DNA from: an uncultured Chloroflexia bacterium
GTDB taxonomy: Bacteria > Chloroflexota > Limnocylindria > Limnocylindrales > CSP1-4
NCBI GenBank assembly: GCA_963734535.1
Contig: CAVTHS010000007.1
Span: 32,001-96,000, forward strand
DNA length: 64,000 nucleotides
Direction of reading: 5' to 3'
Shown: positions 28,808 through 38,159 of the stretch, piece after piece
How positions within the stretch are numbered: the first letter of the stretch is position 1
Layout: each line of letters opens with the position of its first letter
Notes under the pieces: generated by a model
The model's database searches: none
The model's input: the letters and a program-made list of their open reading frames with translations, nothing else
Told to the model about the DNA's origin: nothing
Program-made: the position numbers and the translations under genes

Positions 28808-31726
28808 ATGACCATGAGATCGGACCGAACCATGAAGCAAACCATTCTTTCCTCGCTGGTCCTGGGGCCGGCGCTGCTCCTCGCGGCGCTGCTGCTCCCC
28901 GGGGCGGCGGCGGCCGCCGGGCCGATCACCTCGACCGCATGCACGGCGGCCGGCACCGCCGTCACCTGCAACCTCTGGGCCGAGACTGGCAGCCTGCCGC
29001 TGCCGCTGCCGAGCACGTCCGTTACCGTCTGGGGCTTCGCCACTGCGTCGGGTGCGAGCCCGACGGTCCCGGGGCCAGTCCTCGTGGCAACCGCGGGTGA
29101 CACCGTCACGGTGAACCTCGTCAACCACCTGAGCCAGCCGACGTCCATCGTGTTCAACGGCCAGGCGATGGTCCCCGACCTGACCGGGGTCGTCTCGGGC
29201 GGATCCACGTCCTACACGTTCGTCGCCAGCGCCCCTGGGACCTACCTGTACGAGGCGGGTCTCATTCCCGGCTCGCAGTACCAGGTGGCGATGGGCATGT
29301 ACGGCGTGCTCGTCGTCCGCCCGGCTGGAGCCCCCTCACAGGCCTATCCGGACGCCTCCACCGCCTTCGACGGCGAGGCGCTCGTCGTCCTCGGCGAGGT
29401 CGACCCGGCCCTGAACAACAGCCCCACGCCGTGGACGGTCGACCTGCGGTACTTCGCCCCGAAGTACTCGCTGATCAACGGGGCCGCATACCCGGGCACG
29501 GCGTCGATCGACGCCTCGTCCGGCACCAGCCTCCTCCTGCGCTACGCCAACGCGGGCATCCAGCACCACTCGATCGGCGTGCTGGGGCTGCGGCAGTCCG
29601 CGCTTGCCGCGGACGGCAGCCCGACGACGTACCCGCGCGACATGGCCGCCGAGACGATTGCCCCAGGGCAGTCGGCCGACGTGCTGGTGACACTCCCCGC
29701 GACGACCGCCGCCTCCACCAAGTACGCGCTCTACGACGCGAGCTTCACCCTGAACAACAGCACCGCGTCCGGGATGGGCGGCATGCTCACATTCATCGAC
29801 GCGACGCCGAATGGAACGGCCACGGGTGACACCGTCGGCCCGATCACGACGGGCGTTGCAGTCAGCACCACGTCCGGCGCCCTGAGCGCCTCGGTCAGCG
29901 ACCTGACGACCGGCGGATCGAGCGTCGCAGGCGCCGAGTACTTCCTCGACGCGATCGGGCCGAGCGGCACCGGCACAGCGATGACGGGGACCTTCCCGTC
30001 CGATCCGGCAGCCGTCTCGGCGTCGCTCACGCTGCCGAGCGGAAGCCACACGATCTACGTCCATGGCCTCGACAACAGTGCCAATGCGAACTGGGGCGCC
30101 TTCAGCTCCACGACCTACACGATCGACAGCGTCGGGCCCACCACCAGCGCCCTGGTCCTGACTCCCAACCCCTCGAACGGAACCGTCGCTGTCGCCCTCA
30201 GCGGCACCGCCAGCGATGCGGCGACCGGCAACAGCAACGTCGTGGCCGCCGAGTACTTCATCGGGACGCCAGGCCCGGACGGTTCCGGCACGCCGATCAC
30301 CCCCAACACGACGGCGGTGATCGTGAGCCTGACAGCGACCATCTCGCCCCCGGTCTCGAGCGGAGTCGTCTCCGTCCACGCCAGGGACGCCGCCGGCTAC
30401 TGGGGCCCCTTCACGACGATCACCCTCACGGTGGAGGGCACCGGCCCGACGACCTCGGCTGTCGTGACCAACCCGCCCGCCGCCAACAATGGGCAGTACG
30501 GCCAGAGCATCGGCAACCCGTCGGTGCGAGTCAGCGCGACGTTCGTCGACGTCGATAGCACCGTTGCCGCGGGCGAGGGCTTCATCGACACCGTCGGCGC
30601 CAATGGAGCGGGCTTCCCGTTCGTCGCCACCGACGGCGTCTTCAATGCCGCGAGCGAGACCGGCTATGCCGACGTCCCGCTCACGACGATCAACCTGCTC
30701 TCCGCGGGCAACCACACGATCTATGTTCACGGCAAGGATGCGGTGGGTAACTGGGGCGCGACGGCCTCCGTCGTCCTCCTGATCGACAAGACCGCGCCCA
30801 CCTTCACGAGCATCACCCTGGCCGCGGTCAACCCGACGCTCGGGGGTGGCATCACCATGACGGTGAATGGCGCCGTCGATCCGTTGGTCTCGACCCTGGC
30901 CAGCGGCGTCGCCGGCGGCGAGTACTGGATCGACAGGGCCGCACCGACGCCGGGCGGCGGGACGCCCTTCACCGGGCTCACCCCCACCATCCCGGCGGGC
31001 TCGCTCACCACGGGCAGCCACACGGTGGGCGTCCGCGTCCGCGACGGCGCAGGCAACTGGAGCGCGGCCACCCACAGCGCCACCGTCTCCGTTGTCGCGG
31101 TATCCATCTTCTCGAACGGCTTCGACACCGGCTTCGGCCCGTGGGGCTGGACCAGCAGGTCCACCAACAGCACCGCGCGCCTCAATGCCACGACGACGGC
31201 CGCCCTGGTCGGCGCTCGCGGCCTGCAGGCCCAGGGCAACAACACCAACTACGTCCAGTACAACTTCGGGACCGCCGCCCAACCGGCGTGGCCGACCTAC
31301 GACGCACGGTTCTACTTCCGGCCGAACGGCAACACCTCGACCGGCAAGGACATCCTGTCCGCCGCCACGTCGAACTCCTTCGGCACGGTCGACTTCCGCG
31401 TCCGCTATCGGCTGAATGGCGCGACGCCGCAGGTGCAGATCCAGGTGGGGACAGCCAACACCAACGCGACCTGGACCAACATCCTCGGCGGCACATCCAG
31501 CAATGTCATCGAGGTGGTCTGGCAGGCCGCGGGCAGCGTCGGGCCGAACCCGGGCACCCTGACCCTCACGGTCAACGGTGTCCTGGCCCAGACGCTGACC
31601 ACCACGAGCACCAGCTCCGTCGGGGCCGTCCGCCTCGGCTCCGTGACCAATACCGGCAATGCCACCCTGATGTACTTCGATGCCTTCGCTTCCAAGCGTT
31701 CGGTGTCGCCGCTCTTCGGTCCGTAA
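28808..31726 (+). CDS. Multicopper-oxidase-like subunit C1 (no canonical ligands) fused to Ig-like repeats and a shared C-terminal domain
   Basis: PGPVLVATAGD, PGTYLYEAG, QVAMGMYG, LING; repeats of AEYF...HTIYVHG.D...NWG; ends YFDAFASKRSVSPLFGP. Confidence 0.85.
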   Translation: MTMRSDRTMKQTILSSLVLGPALLLAALLLPGAAAAAGPITSTACTAAGTAVTCNLWAETGSLPLPLPSTSVTVWGFATASGASPTVPGPVLVATAGDTVTVNLVNHLSQPTSIVFNGQAMVPDLTGVVSGGSTSYTFVASAPGTYLYEAGLIPGSQYQVAMGMYGVLVVRPAGAPSQAYPDASTAFDGEALVVLGEVDPALNNSPTPWTVDLRYFAPKYSLINGAAYPGTASIDASSGTSLLLRYANAGIQHHSIGVLGLRQSALAADGSPTTYPRDMAAETIAPGQSADVLVTLPATTAASTKYALYDASFTLNNSTASGMGGMLTFIDATPNGTATGDTVGPITTGVAVSTTSGALSASVSDLTTGGSSVAGAEYFLDAIGPSGTGTAMTGTFPSDPAAVSASLTLPSGSHTIYVHGLDNSANANWGAFSSTTYTIDSVGPTTSALVLTPNPSNGTVAVALSGTASDAATGNSNVVAAEYFIGTPGPDGSGTPITPNTTAVIVSLTATISPPVSSGVVSVHARDAAGYWGPFTTITLTVEGTGPTTSAVVTNPPAANNGQYGQSIGNPSVRVSATFVDVDSTVAAGEGFIDTVGANGAGFPFVATDGVFNAASETGYADVPLTTINLLSAGNHTIYVHGKDAVGNWGATASVVLLIDKTAPTFTSITLAAVNPTLGGGITMTVNGAVDPLVSTLASGVAGGEYWIDRAAPTPGGGTPFTGLTPTIPAGSLTTGSHTVGVRVRDGAGNWSAATHSATVSVVAVSIFSNGFDTGFGPWGWTSRSTNSTARLNATTTAALVGARGLQAQGNNTNYVQYNFGTAAQPAWPTYDARFYFRPNGNTSTGKDILSAATSNSFGTVDFRVRYRLNGATPQVQIQVGTANTNATWTNILGGTSSNVIEVVWQAAGSVGPNPGTLTLTVNGVLAQTLTTTSTSSVGAVRLGSVTNTGNATLMYFDAFASKRSVSPLFGP

Positions 31727-31730
31727 CCCG

Positions 31731-32312
31731 ATGACCACCATCGGACGTTCCGATGGGGACCGCAGCCTCGCGGCTGCGGTCCCCGAAACCCCGGATCCCG
31801 TGCCGGCTCCGCTGGAGCCGGCCGGGCTCACGCCCGCCCGCCGCCTGCGGCGACGCACCTGGCTTGCGGCAGCCGCCGGCGTCGTCCTCCTCCCCCTGGC
31901 CGTGGCCGCGACCCTCACGTACGCGACCTCGGGCGCCGGCGTCCCGTCGAACGCCGACGTCGCGGCCGCCCGCGTCGTGTCTGCAGCCGAGATGGAGCAG
32001 GACTACGGCATCAAGGTCAATCTCGTGGGTGTGACGGCCGCCGGCGGTCTCGTGGACCTCCGGTTCACGGTCGTCGACCAGGCGAAGGCGCTCCACATTC
32101 TCCACGACTCGACGGTCATGCCCGTGCTCCTTGTTGAGCCGAGCGGCGCCGTCATCCGCGCCCCGACGGGAATGCGCCACAAGGTGACGCTCCTCGACGG
32201 GGGCAACTACTTCATCCTCTATTCGAACCCCGGCGGTGCCGTCCAGGCCGGCACACGCGTGTCGGTCGTCATCGGCGACGTCCGGCTCGAGCCGCTCGAC
32301 GCGCAGAGCTGA
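31731..32312 (+). CDS. Single-TM anchored hypothetical protein D1
   Basis: One TM followed by YGIKVNLVGVTAAGGLVDLRF.V.D..KA...YFILYSNPGG; paralog at 50942. Confidence 0.8.
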   Translation: MTTIGRSDGDRSLAAAVPETPDPVPAPLEPAGLTPARRLRRRTWLAAAAGVVLLPLAVAATLTYATSGAGVPSNADVAAARVVSAAEMEQDYGIKVNLVGVTAAGGLVDLRFTVVDQAKALHILHDSTVMPVLLVEPSGAVIRAPTGMRHKVTLLDGGNYFILYSNPGGAVQAGTRVSVVIGDVRLEPLDAQS

Positions 32313-32325
32313 CAGGAGACCATCG

Positions 32326-35300
32326 ATGCGGCGGGTTATCGCCCTGGCCCTTGCGGCCACTCTCTCGGTCACGACCGTGCCTTTCGTGGCCGCGGGAACG
32401 CTTCCCATGGGTCAGGGCAACAGCCTCGCCGCATTCGTTTCCGATGCCGTGCCCGGCGCGCCGGTGCCGGCGGGGATGCAGACGGTCATCGTCACGCTGC
32501 GGACGAGGGCCGATCTGCGGGCCGTCCGAGGCGGCACTCGCGCCGCCCGGCAGGCAGCAATCATCGCGGCGCTCCGCGCCCACGCGTCGGCATCGCAGAC
32601 TCCGCTCGTCGCCTTCCTGGGTGGCCAGCGGGCGCTCGGCCGGGTCGCCCGGCTGACCTCGTTCTGGCTCTTCAACGGGGTGTCGATCACCGCGACCCCG
32701 GCCGTCATCGCCGCGATCGCGGCCCGGCCCGACGTCGCTAGCGTCACGCCCGACGAGATCGCGATCGTGCCCGCGGCGGTGCAGCCGACACGCCAGCCGG
32801 CATCGGCGTCGATGGGGTCGTCGGCCCCAACCGAGCCGAACATCGCGCTCGTGAACGCCCCGGCCCTGTGGTCGCTCGGCTATACAGGCCAGGGAGTGGT
32901 CGTCGCGAGCCTGGACTCGGGCGTGGACGTCACTCACCCGGACCTCGCGGCACGCTGGCGCGGGGGCTCGGACTCCTGGTTCGACCCGTATGGCCAGCAT
33001 CCCACGACGCCCACGGATCTGACCGGTCACGGGACGGCAACCATGGGAGTCATCGTCGGCGGTGACGCCGGCGGGACCTCCATCGGGATGGCGCCCGGGG
33101 CAACGTGGATCGCCGCCAAGATCTTCAACGACAGCGGCACTGCGACCGCCACGGCGATCCACGCCGCGTTCCAGTGGGTCCTCGACCCGGACGGCAACCC
33201 GGCCACGGCGGACGCGCCACAGGTCGTCAACAACTCGTGGGCCTTTGGCTTCCCGGGCTGCAACCTCGCCTTCCAGCCTGACCTCCAGGCGCTCCGTGCG
33301 GCCGAGATCGTGCCCGTCTTCGCCGCCGGCAACTACGGGCCTGGCGGCTCGACGAGCGTCAGCCCGGCGAACTACCCGGAAGCGCTCGCGGTTGGCGCGA
33401 CGAAAGCCACCGATGTGATCGACGCAACATCCGGCCGCGGCCCATCGGCCTGCGGCGAGGCATCGACCGCGTACCCCGAGGTCGTGGCCCCCGGCGTGGG
33501 CATCCGCACGGCGGACCTGTTCGGCTTGTACCAGTCGGCCACGGGGACGTCCCTTGCAGCCCCGCACGTCGCGGGAGCGTTGGCGCTGCTGCTGAGCGCC
33601 CACCCGGGCGTGAGCGCTGCGTCCCAGGTCTCCGCGCTCACGAGCTCCGCGCTGGACCTTGGGGCTCTCGGCCCGGACAACACCTACGGCTACGGCCGCC
33701 TCGATGCTCTCGGCGCCGACACGATGCTGGGTGGCGGCCCGTCGCCGAGCCCGAGCCCGTCGCAGAGCCCATCGCCGGATCCATCGCCGATCCCGAGCCC
33801 GATCCCGAGTCCATCGCCGGATCCATCGCCGATCCCGAGCCCGATCCCGAGTCCATCGCCGGATCCATCGCCGATCCCGAGCCCGTCGCAGAGCCCATCG
33901 CCGGATCCATCGCCGATCCCGAGCCCGTCCGAGCCCATCGCCGGATCCATCGCCGATCCCGAGCCCGTCCGAGCCCATCGCCGGATCCATCGCCGATCCG
34001 CCCGATCCCGAGTCCATCGCCGGATCCATCGCCGATCCCGAGCCCGATCCCGGCGCTTCCGCCGACCACCGGCGGGCTGGCCCTTGTCCCGAACCCCGCG
34101 AACGGATCGACGGCGGTCACCCTCGTGGGAAGCGTGACCTCGGCGGGGTCCACCGTGAGCGCGGCCGAGTACTTCCTTGACGGGATCGGCGCCGACGGGA
34201 GCGGGTGCACCCTCTCCGGCACGTTTGGCACGTCGGCCGCGAGCGTCGTGGCCACGCTCCCGATAGCGGGGGCGAGTGCCCCGTGCGTCGACCTCGCCAC
34301 GCTCGCCGAGGGCAGCCACACGGTCTCCGTCCACGGCCGGGATGCGTCCGGTGCCTGGGGCGCCACCGCAGCGGCGAGCCTCGTGCTCGACCGGACCGGG
34401 CCGGCGACGAGCGCCGTCACGCTCGCCCCGGGGGCGGCCAACACGCAGGCGGTGGAGATCAGCGCCACGGCCTCCGACACCGCCACGGGCAACAGCCCGG
34501 TCACCGGCGGCGAGTACTTCGTCGACAGCGCCGGCGCAGCCGGGACCGGCACCCCGATGACGGCGGGCGCAGCGCCCTCGACCACCCTCGCGGGCACGAT
34601 CGCCGCGGCCACCGTCGCCGCCCTCACTGCCGGCAACCACACGATCCGGGTCCACGCAAGAGATGCCGCGGGCAACTGGGGCGCGACCGCGACCGCGACG
34701 CTCCTCGTCGACCGTACGGCGCCCACGTTCAGCGCCATCACCCTGGCCCCGGGCTCGATCACGACCGGGACCGCGTCGGTGAGCCTGGCCGCCACCGGCG
34801 CGACCGACCGGCTCACAGGCGGCCTCGCGAGCGGTGTCGCCGGCGGCGAGTGGTGGATCGGGACGACCAACATCACGGCGGGCACCGGCACGGCCTTCAC
34901 CGGCCTCGCCGCGAGCGTGGCCACCGGCGCCCTCACCGCGGGCACGTACACCGTCCGCGCCCGGATCCGCGACGCGGCCGGAAACTGGAGCACCGCCCCG
35001 AGCGGCGGCGTCCGCACGGCGAAGCTGACGGTCACCGCACCGGTCCCCGATGCCATCTTCGCCGACGGCTTCGAGACCGGCACGCTGAGCCCGCTCACGG
35101 GCTGGACGAGCCGCTCGACGACCACGACGAGCCGCCTGGGCGTGACGGCCGGCGCGGCCCTCGCGGGGGCATACGGCCTGCAGGCCCAGGGCAACAACGT
35201 CAACTACGTGCAGAACTCGTTCGGGACGGCCGCCAATCCGGCGAGCCCGACCTACGATGCGCGCTTCCTGTTCAACCCCAACGGCGCCACCTCGTCGGGC

Positions 35301-35648
35301 AAGGACATCCTCGCCGCCGCGACGTCGAGCGGCTTCGGCACCGTGCTGTTCCACGTGCGTTACCGCCTCAATGCCGGCGTCCCGCAGGTCCAGATCGGGG
35401 TGGGCGCCACGGCCAACCCGGCGTGGATCACCCTTGCCGCCGGCAGCAACGCCATCGAGGTGGTCTGGCGGTCGGGGGTGAGCCTCGCGCTCTACGTGAA
35501 CGGGACGCTCGCGGGGAGCCTGGCCGCGGGCACGGGCTCGGTGGGCGCGGTCCGGCTGGGCTCGGTCACCTCGACCGGCAGCGCCACCGCCCTGTATTTC
35601 GACGCCTTCGCCTCCAAGCGCTCCGTGGCGCCGCTCCTGGGCCCGTAG
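32326..35648 (+). CDS. Secreted S8 peptidase 1 with Pro/Ser linker, Ig-like repeats and shared C-terminal domain; frameshifted in the linker
   Basis: SLDSG, GHGT, FAAGN, GTSLAAPHV; AGGAG RBS. The frame switches within 33930-34060 and continues as ORF 34125..35648. Confidence 0.85.
33738..34052 (+). repeat. Low-complexity tandem repeat encoding a PSPSPDPSPIPS linker
   Basis: Recurrent ccatcgccggatccatcgccgatcccgagcccg units. Confidence 0.85.
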
Positions 35649-35763
35649 CGCGCATCGCGCCCGAGCCCACTCCGCACGACGCGGCCGACCATGCCGGTTG
35701 GCCGCGTCGCCGCGTCCGCCTGGAGGCGGTGGCGCGGGCGGCCTGACGCCCCGGTGAGGACGC

Positions 35764-36492
35764 TCAGCCGCCCTCCCGGACGATCCCATGCTCCACGGCG
35801 TAGCGAGTGAGGCCGGCGCTGCCGCGCACGTTCAGCTTGCCGAGGAGGTTCGCGCGATGACGCCGGACCGTGTGCGGGCTGATGCCGAGGATCTCGCCGA
35901 TCTCGACGGCCGAACGCCCGGCGGCGATCAGGCGCAGGATCTCGCGCTCCCGCGCGCTCATGGCGCCGCCGCTCTGGAGCCAGTGCATCGAATCCTCGAC
36001 GATCGCTCCGGCGACGCTGCTGTGAACGTATTGTTCGCCGCGCGTCAGCGCCCGGATCGCCGCGACCAGCTCGTCGGAGTGGGCACCCTTGACCATGTAC
36101 CCGGAGGCGCCTGCGAAGAACGCCTGGCGCACGGTCTCGGCCTCGCGATGCATCGACAGGACCAGGATCCGCATCGCTGGATGGCGCTCGAGGAGGCTCC
36201 CGATCAGCCGGACGCCATCCGAGTCCGGGAGCGAGAGGTCGAGCAGCAGGACGTCCGGCGCCACCGTGTCGAGCATCCGGGATGCACCCGCGGCGTCTGC
36301 CGCCTCGCCGATGACCTCGAGATCGGGCTGGCGGCCGAGCACCATGCGGAGCCCCTCGCGGACGAGGTGGTGGTCCTCGACCAGGGCAACCGTGATCCGT
36401 CGGACCTCGCTGGCCTCGAGCTTGCCGTCGAGATCGGCGCCGCCGCTCGGCGACGCAACGGCGGAGGGCCTCCCGTTCGGGGGGAGCGTCAT
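35764..36492 (-). CDS. NarL-family response regulator
   Basis: LVEDHHLVREGL, LLLDLSLP, YMVK, SAREREIL...ISPHTV..HR.NL..KL. Confidence 0.93.
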   Translation of the reverse strand: MTLPPNGRPSAVASPSGGADLDGKLEASEVRRITVALVEDHHLVREGLRMVLGRQPDLEVIGEAADAAGASRMLDTVAPDVLLLDLSLPDSDGVRLIGSLLERHPAMRILVLSMHREAETVRQAFFAGASGYMVKGAHSDELVAAIRALTRGEQYVHSSVAGAIVEDSMHWLQSGGAMSAREREILRLIAAGRSAVEIGEILGISPHTVRRHRANLLGKLNVRGSAGLTRYAVEHGIVREGG

Positions 36493-37590
36493 GGCCGTGG
36501 CGCCATGTCCGACCGGCGCTCGGCGCGTGCTCGTGGACGACGCAGCTCGAGGCGAATCGTGCTTCCGCGTCCGGGCTGCGACACCATCTCCAGGCTCCCG
36601 TCGATCGATGCCGCCCGCTCCATCATCCCGTGCACCCCGAGTCCCGCACCACCAGTCTCCGCGACATCGAAGCCGATCCCGTCATCTTCGACGGCGAGAA
36701 CGATCCGGTCGCCGTCGGACGACGTCATTCTGATCCAGCGGTGCTCGGCGCGGGAGTGACGGATCGAGTTGCCGAGCGCCTCCTGGACGATCCGCAGCGC
36801 CTCGACCTCGGTCGCCGGCGGCAGCAGGCCCGGGTCGCGAAGGTTCGGATCGATCTCCACGTCGATGGGCACCATGGAATCCGCAACCAGCTCCTCGATC
36901 GTCGCGGCCAGGCCCGTTTCCGACGAGCCGCAGCGGCCTGAGGCGCATGGCGACTTCCCGCGTTTCCTCGAGGGCGAGGTTGGCGGTCCTGCGGGCCCGC
37001 GTGGCGATCTCGAGCGCATCGCCCCGGGCGTCAGGCTGCTCCGTCGAGCCAAGGGACGTCACGAGGGCGTCGAGCGTGTAGGTGAGGGCCGCGAGCGTCT
37101 GCCCGACTCCGTCGTGAAGGTCGAGGGCGATCCGCCGTCGTTCTTCCTGCTGGCCGTTGAGGAGGCGTCGGTTTGATCGCTCGCCGAGCGAGATGGTCCG
37201 GTCCGCCATCACGGCGACCACGACGGCGATGATCATCATGAGCGGCCATTCGGCCAGGTCCAGGTCGGCGATCGGGACGCCGAGCGGGCCGTCCAGGGTG
37301 GCGAGGAACGCGTAGGAGACGACGACGCAGAAGGCGATCCCGAGCCGAATGACCGCGCTCCGGAACCCGAACGCAAATGCCTCGATCACCAGGACGATCC
37401 ACAGGCAGTGGAGCAGCAGGTCGGGTTCGGCGAGCTGGACGTAGGTCGCGACCCCGAAGGCCAGCGCCGGCGAGGTCGAGGACGACCTGGAGCGGCCGCA
37501 ACCTGCACGAACGGCCACGGACGACGAGGCTGCCGAGGCCACCGCTCGCGGTGCGGCCGCCTTGTCGGTGATCAACGCATCGACCTCTGT
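36489..37590 (-). CDS. NarX/UhpB-type (HisKA_3) membrane sensor histidine kinase; frameshifted
   Basis: TM region, QEERRRIALDLHDGVGQTL H-box, then in a second frame RIVQEALGNSIRHS, EDDGIGF, GLGVHGMMERA. Indel near 36920; start approximate. Confidence 0.82.
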
Positions 37591-37779
37591 CTCACGGCGC
37601 CCGAGTATGGGAGCCCGATTCGGCTTCTGCAATGCCCCAGATGGCGCGTCCCAACGGTCGCCGCGCACGGCCCCGCTCCGGCCCGGGACACGATCCGCGC
37701 CGCCGCCGGCCGATGCCGCGCCACTCCGCGGATCACGCACCGACTGCTCCGGCGGACCCCCGGACTGCCCGTGACAAGC

Positions 37780-37818
37780 CGCCGGTCGTGGTCATGAGGG
37801 ATCGCCGGTCGTGGTCAT
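37780..37818. promoter_or_regulatory. Perfect 16-bp direct repeat, candidate regulator binding site
   Basis: cgccggtcgtggtcat at 37780 and 37803 (23-nt period), in the divergent intergenic region between the kinase and operon copy 2. Confidence 0.5.
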
Positions 37819-38159
37819 TTCTCAACCCTCCGGTAGAGGATGGCGGAGCCCCCGGTGCGCGGACATGCTGCGCCGACTGGCCGGAGTGGGCGCATAGGCG
37901 TTCGCCCAGGAAGCCAGCGGAGGTGGGTCAATGCGCATTCACGGTCCTGGAAGGTCCGGACGAGCCGAAGACGGGTCGAACCCCACGTCGCGGCCCCCGG
38001 CCTTGCTCACCGGTTTCGTCACCGCGTCGGCCCGGTCTTCCGCCTCTTCCGCGACGACTGGAATCCGCGCATCCCGGAGGCGACCGATGAGCACCCAGGA
38101 CAACCGCGCCTCCGCTGCAGGCAGTCAACGTTCCACGAGGAAAGAGGAGGGACCAGGGA

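Noticed and set aside
29336-31918. Long antisense ORFs (also 5189..7783, 19435..21402, 50816..53188 and others)
   Set aside because: Shadow ORFs expected at very high GC opposite well-supported genes; they carry no recognisable motifs.
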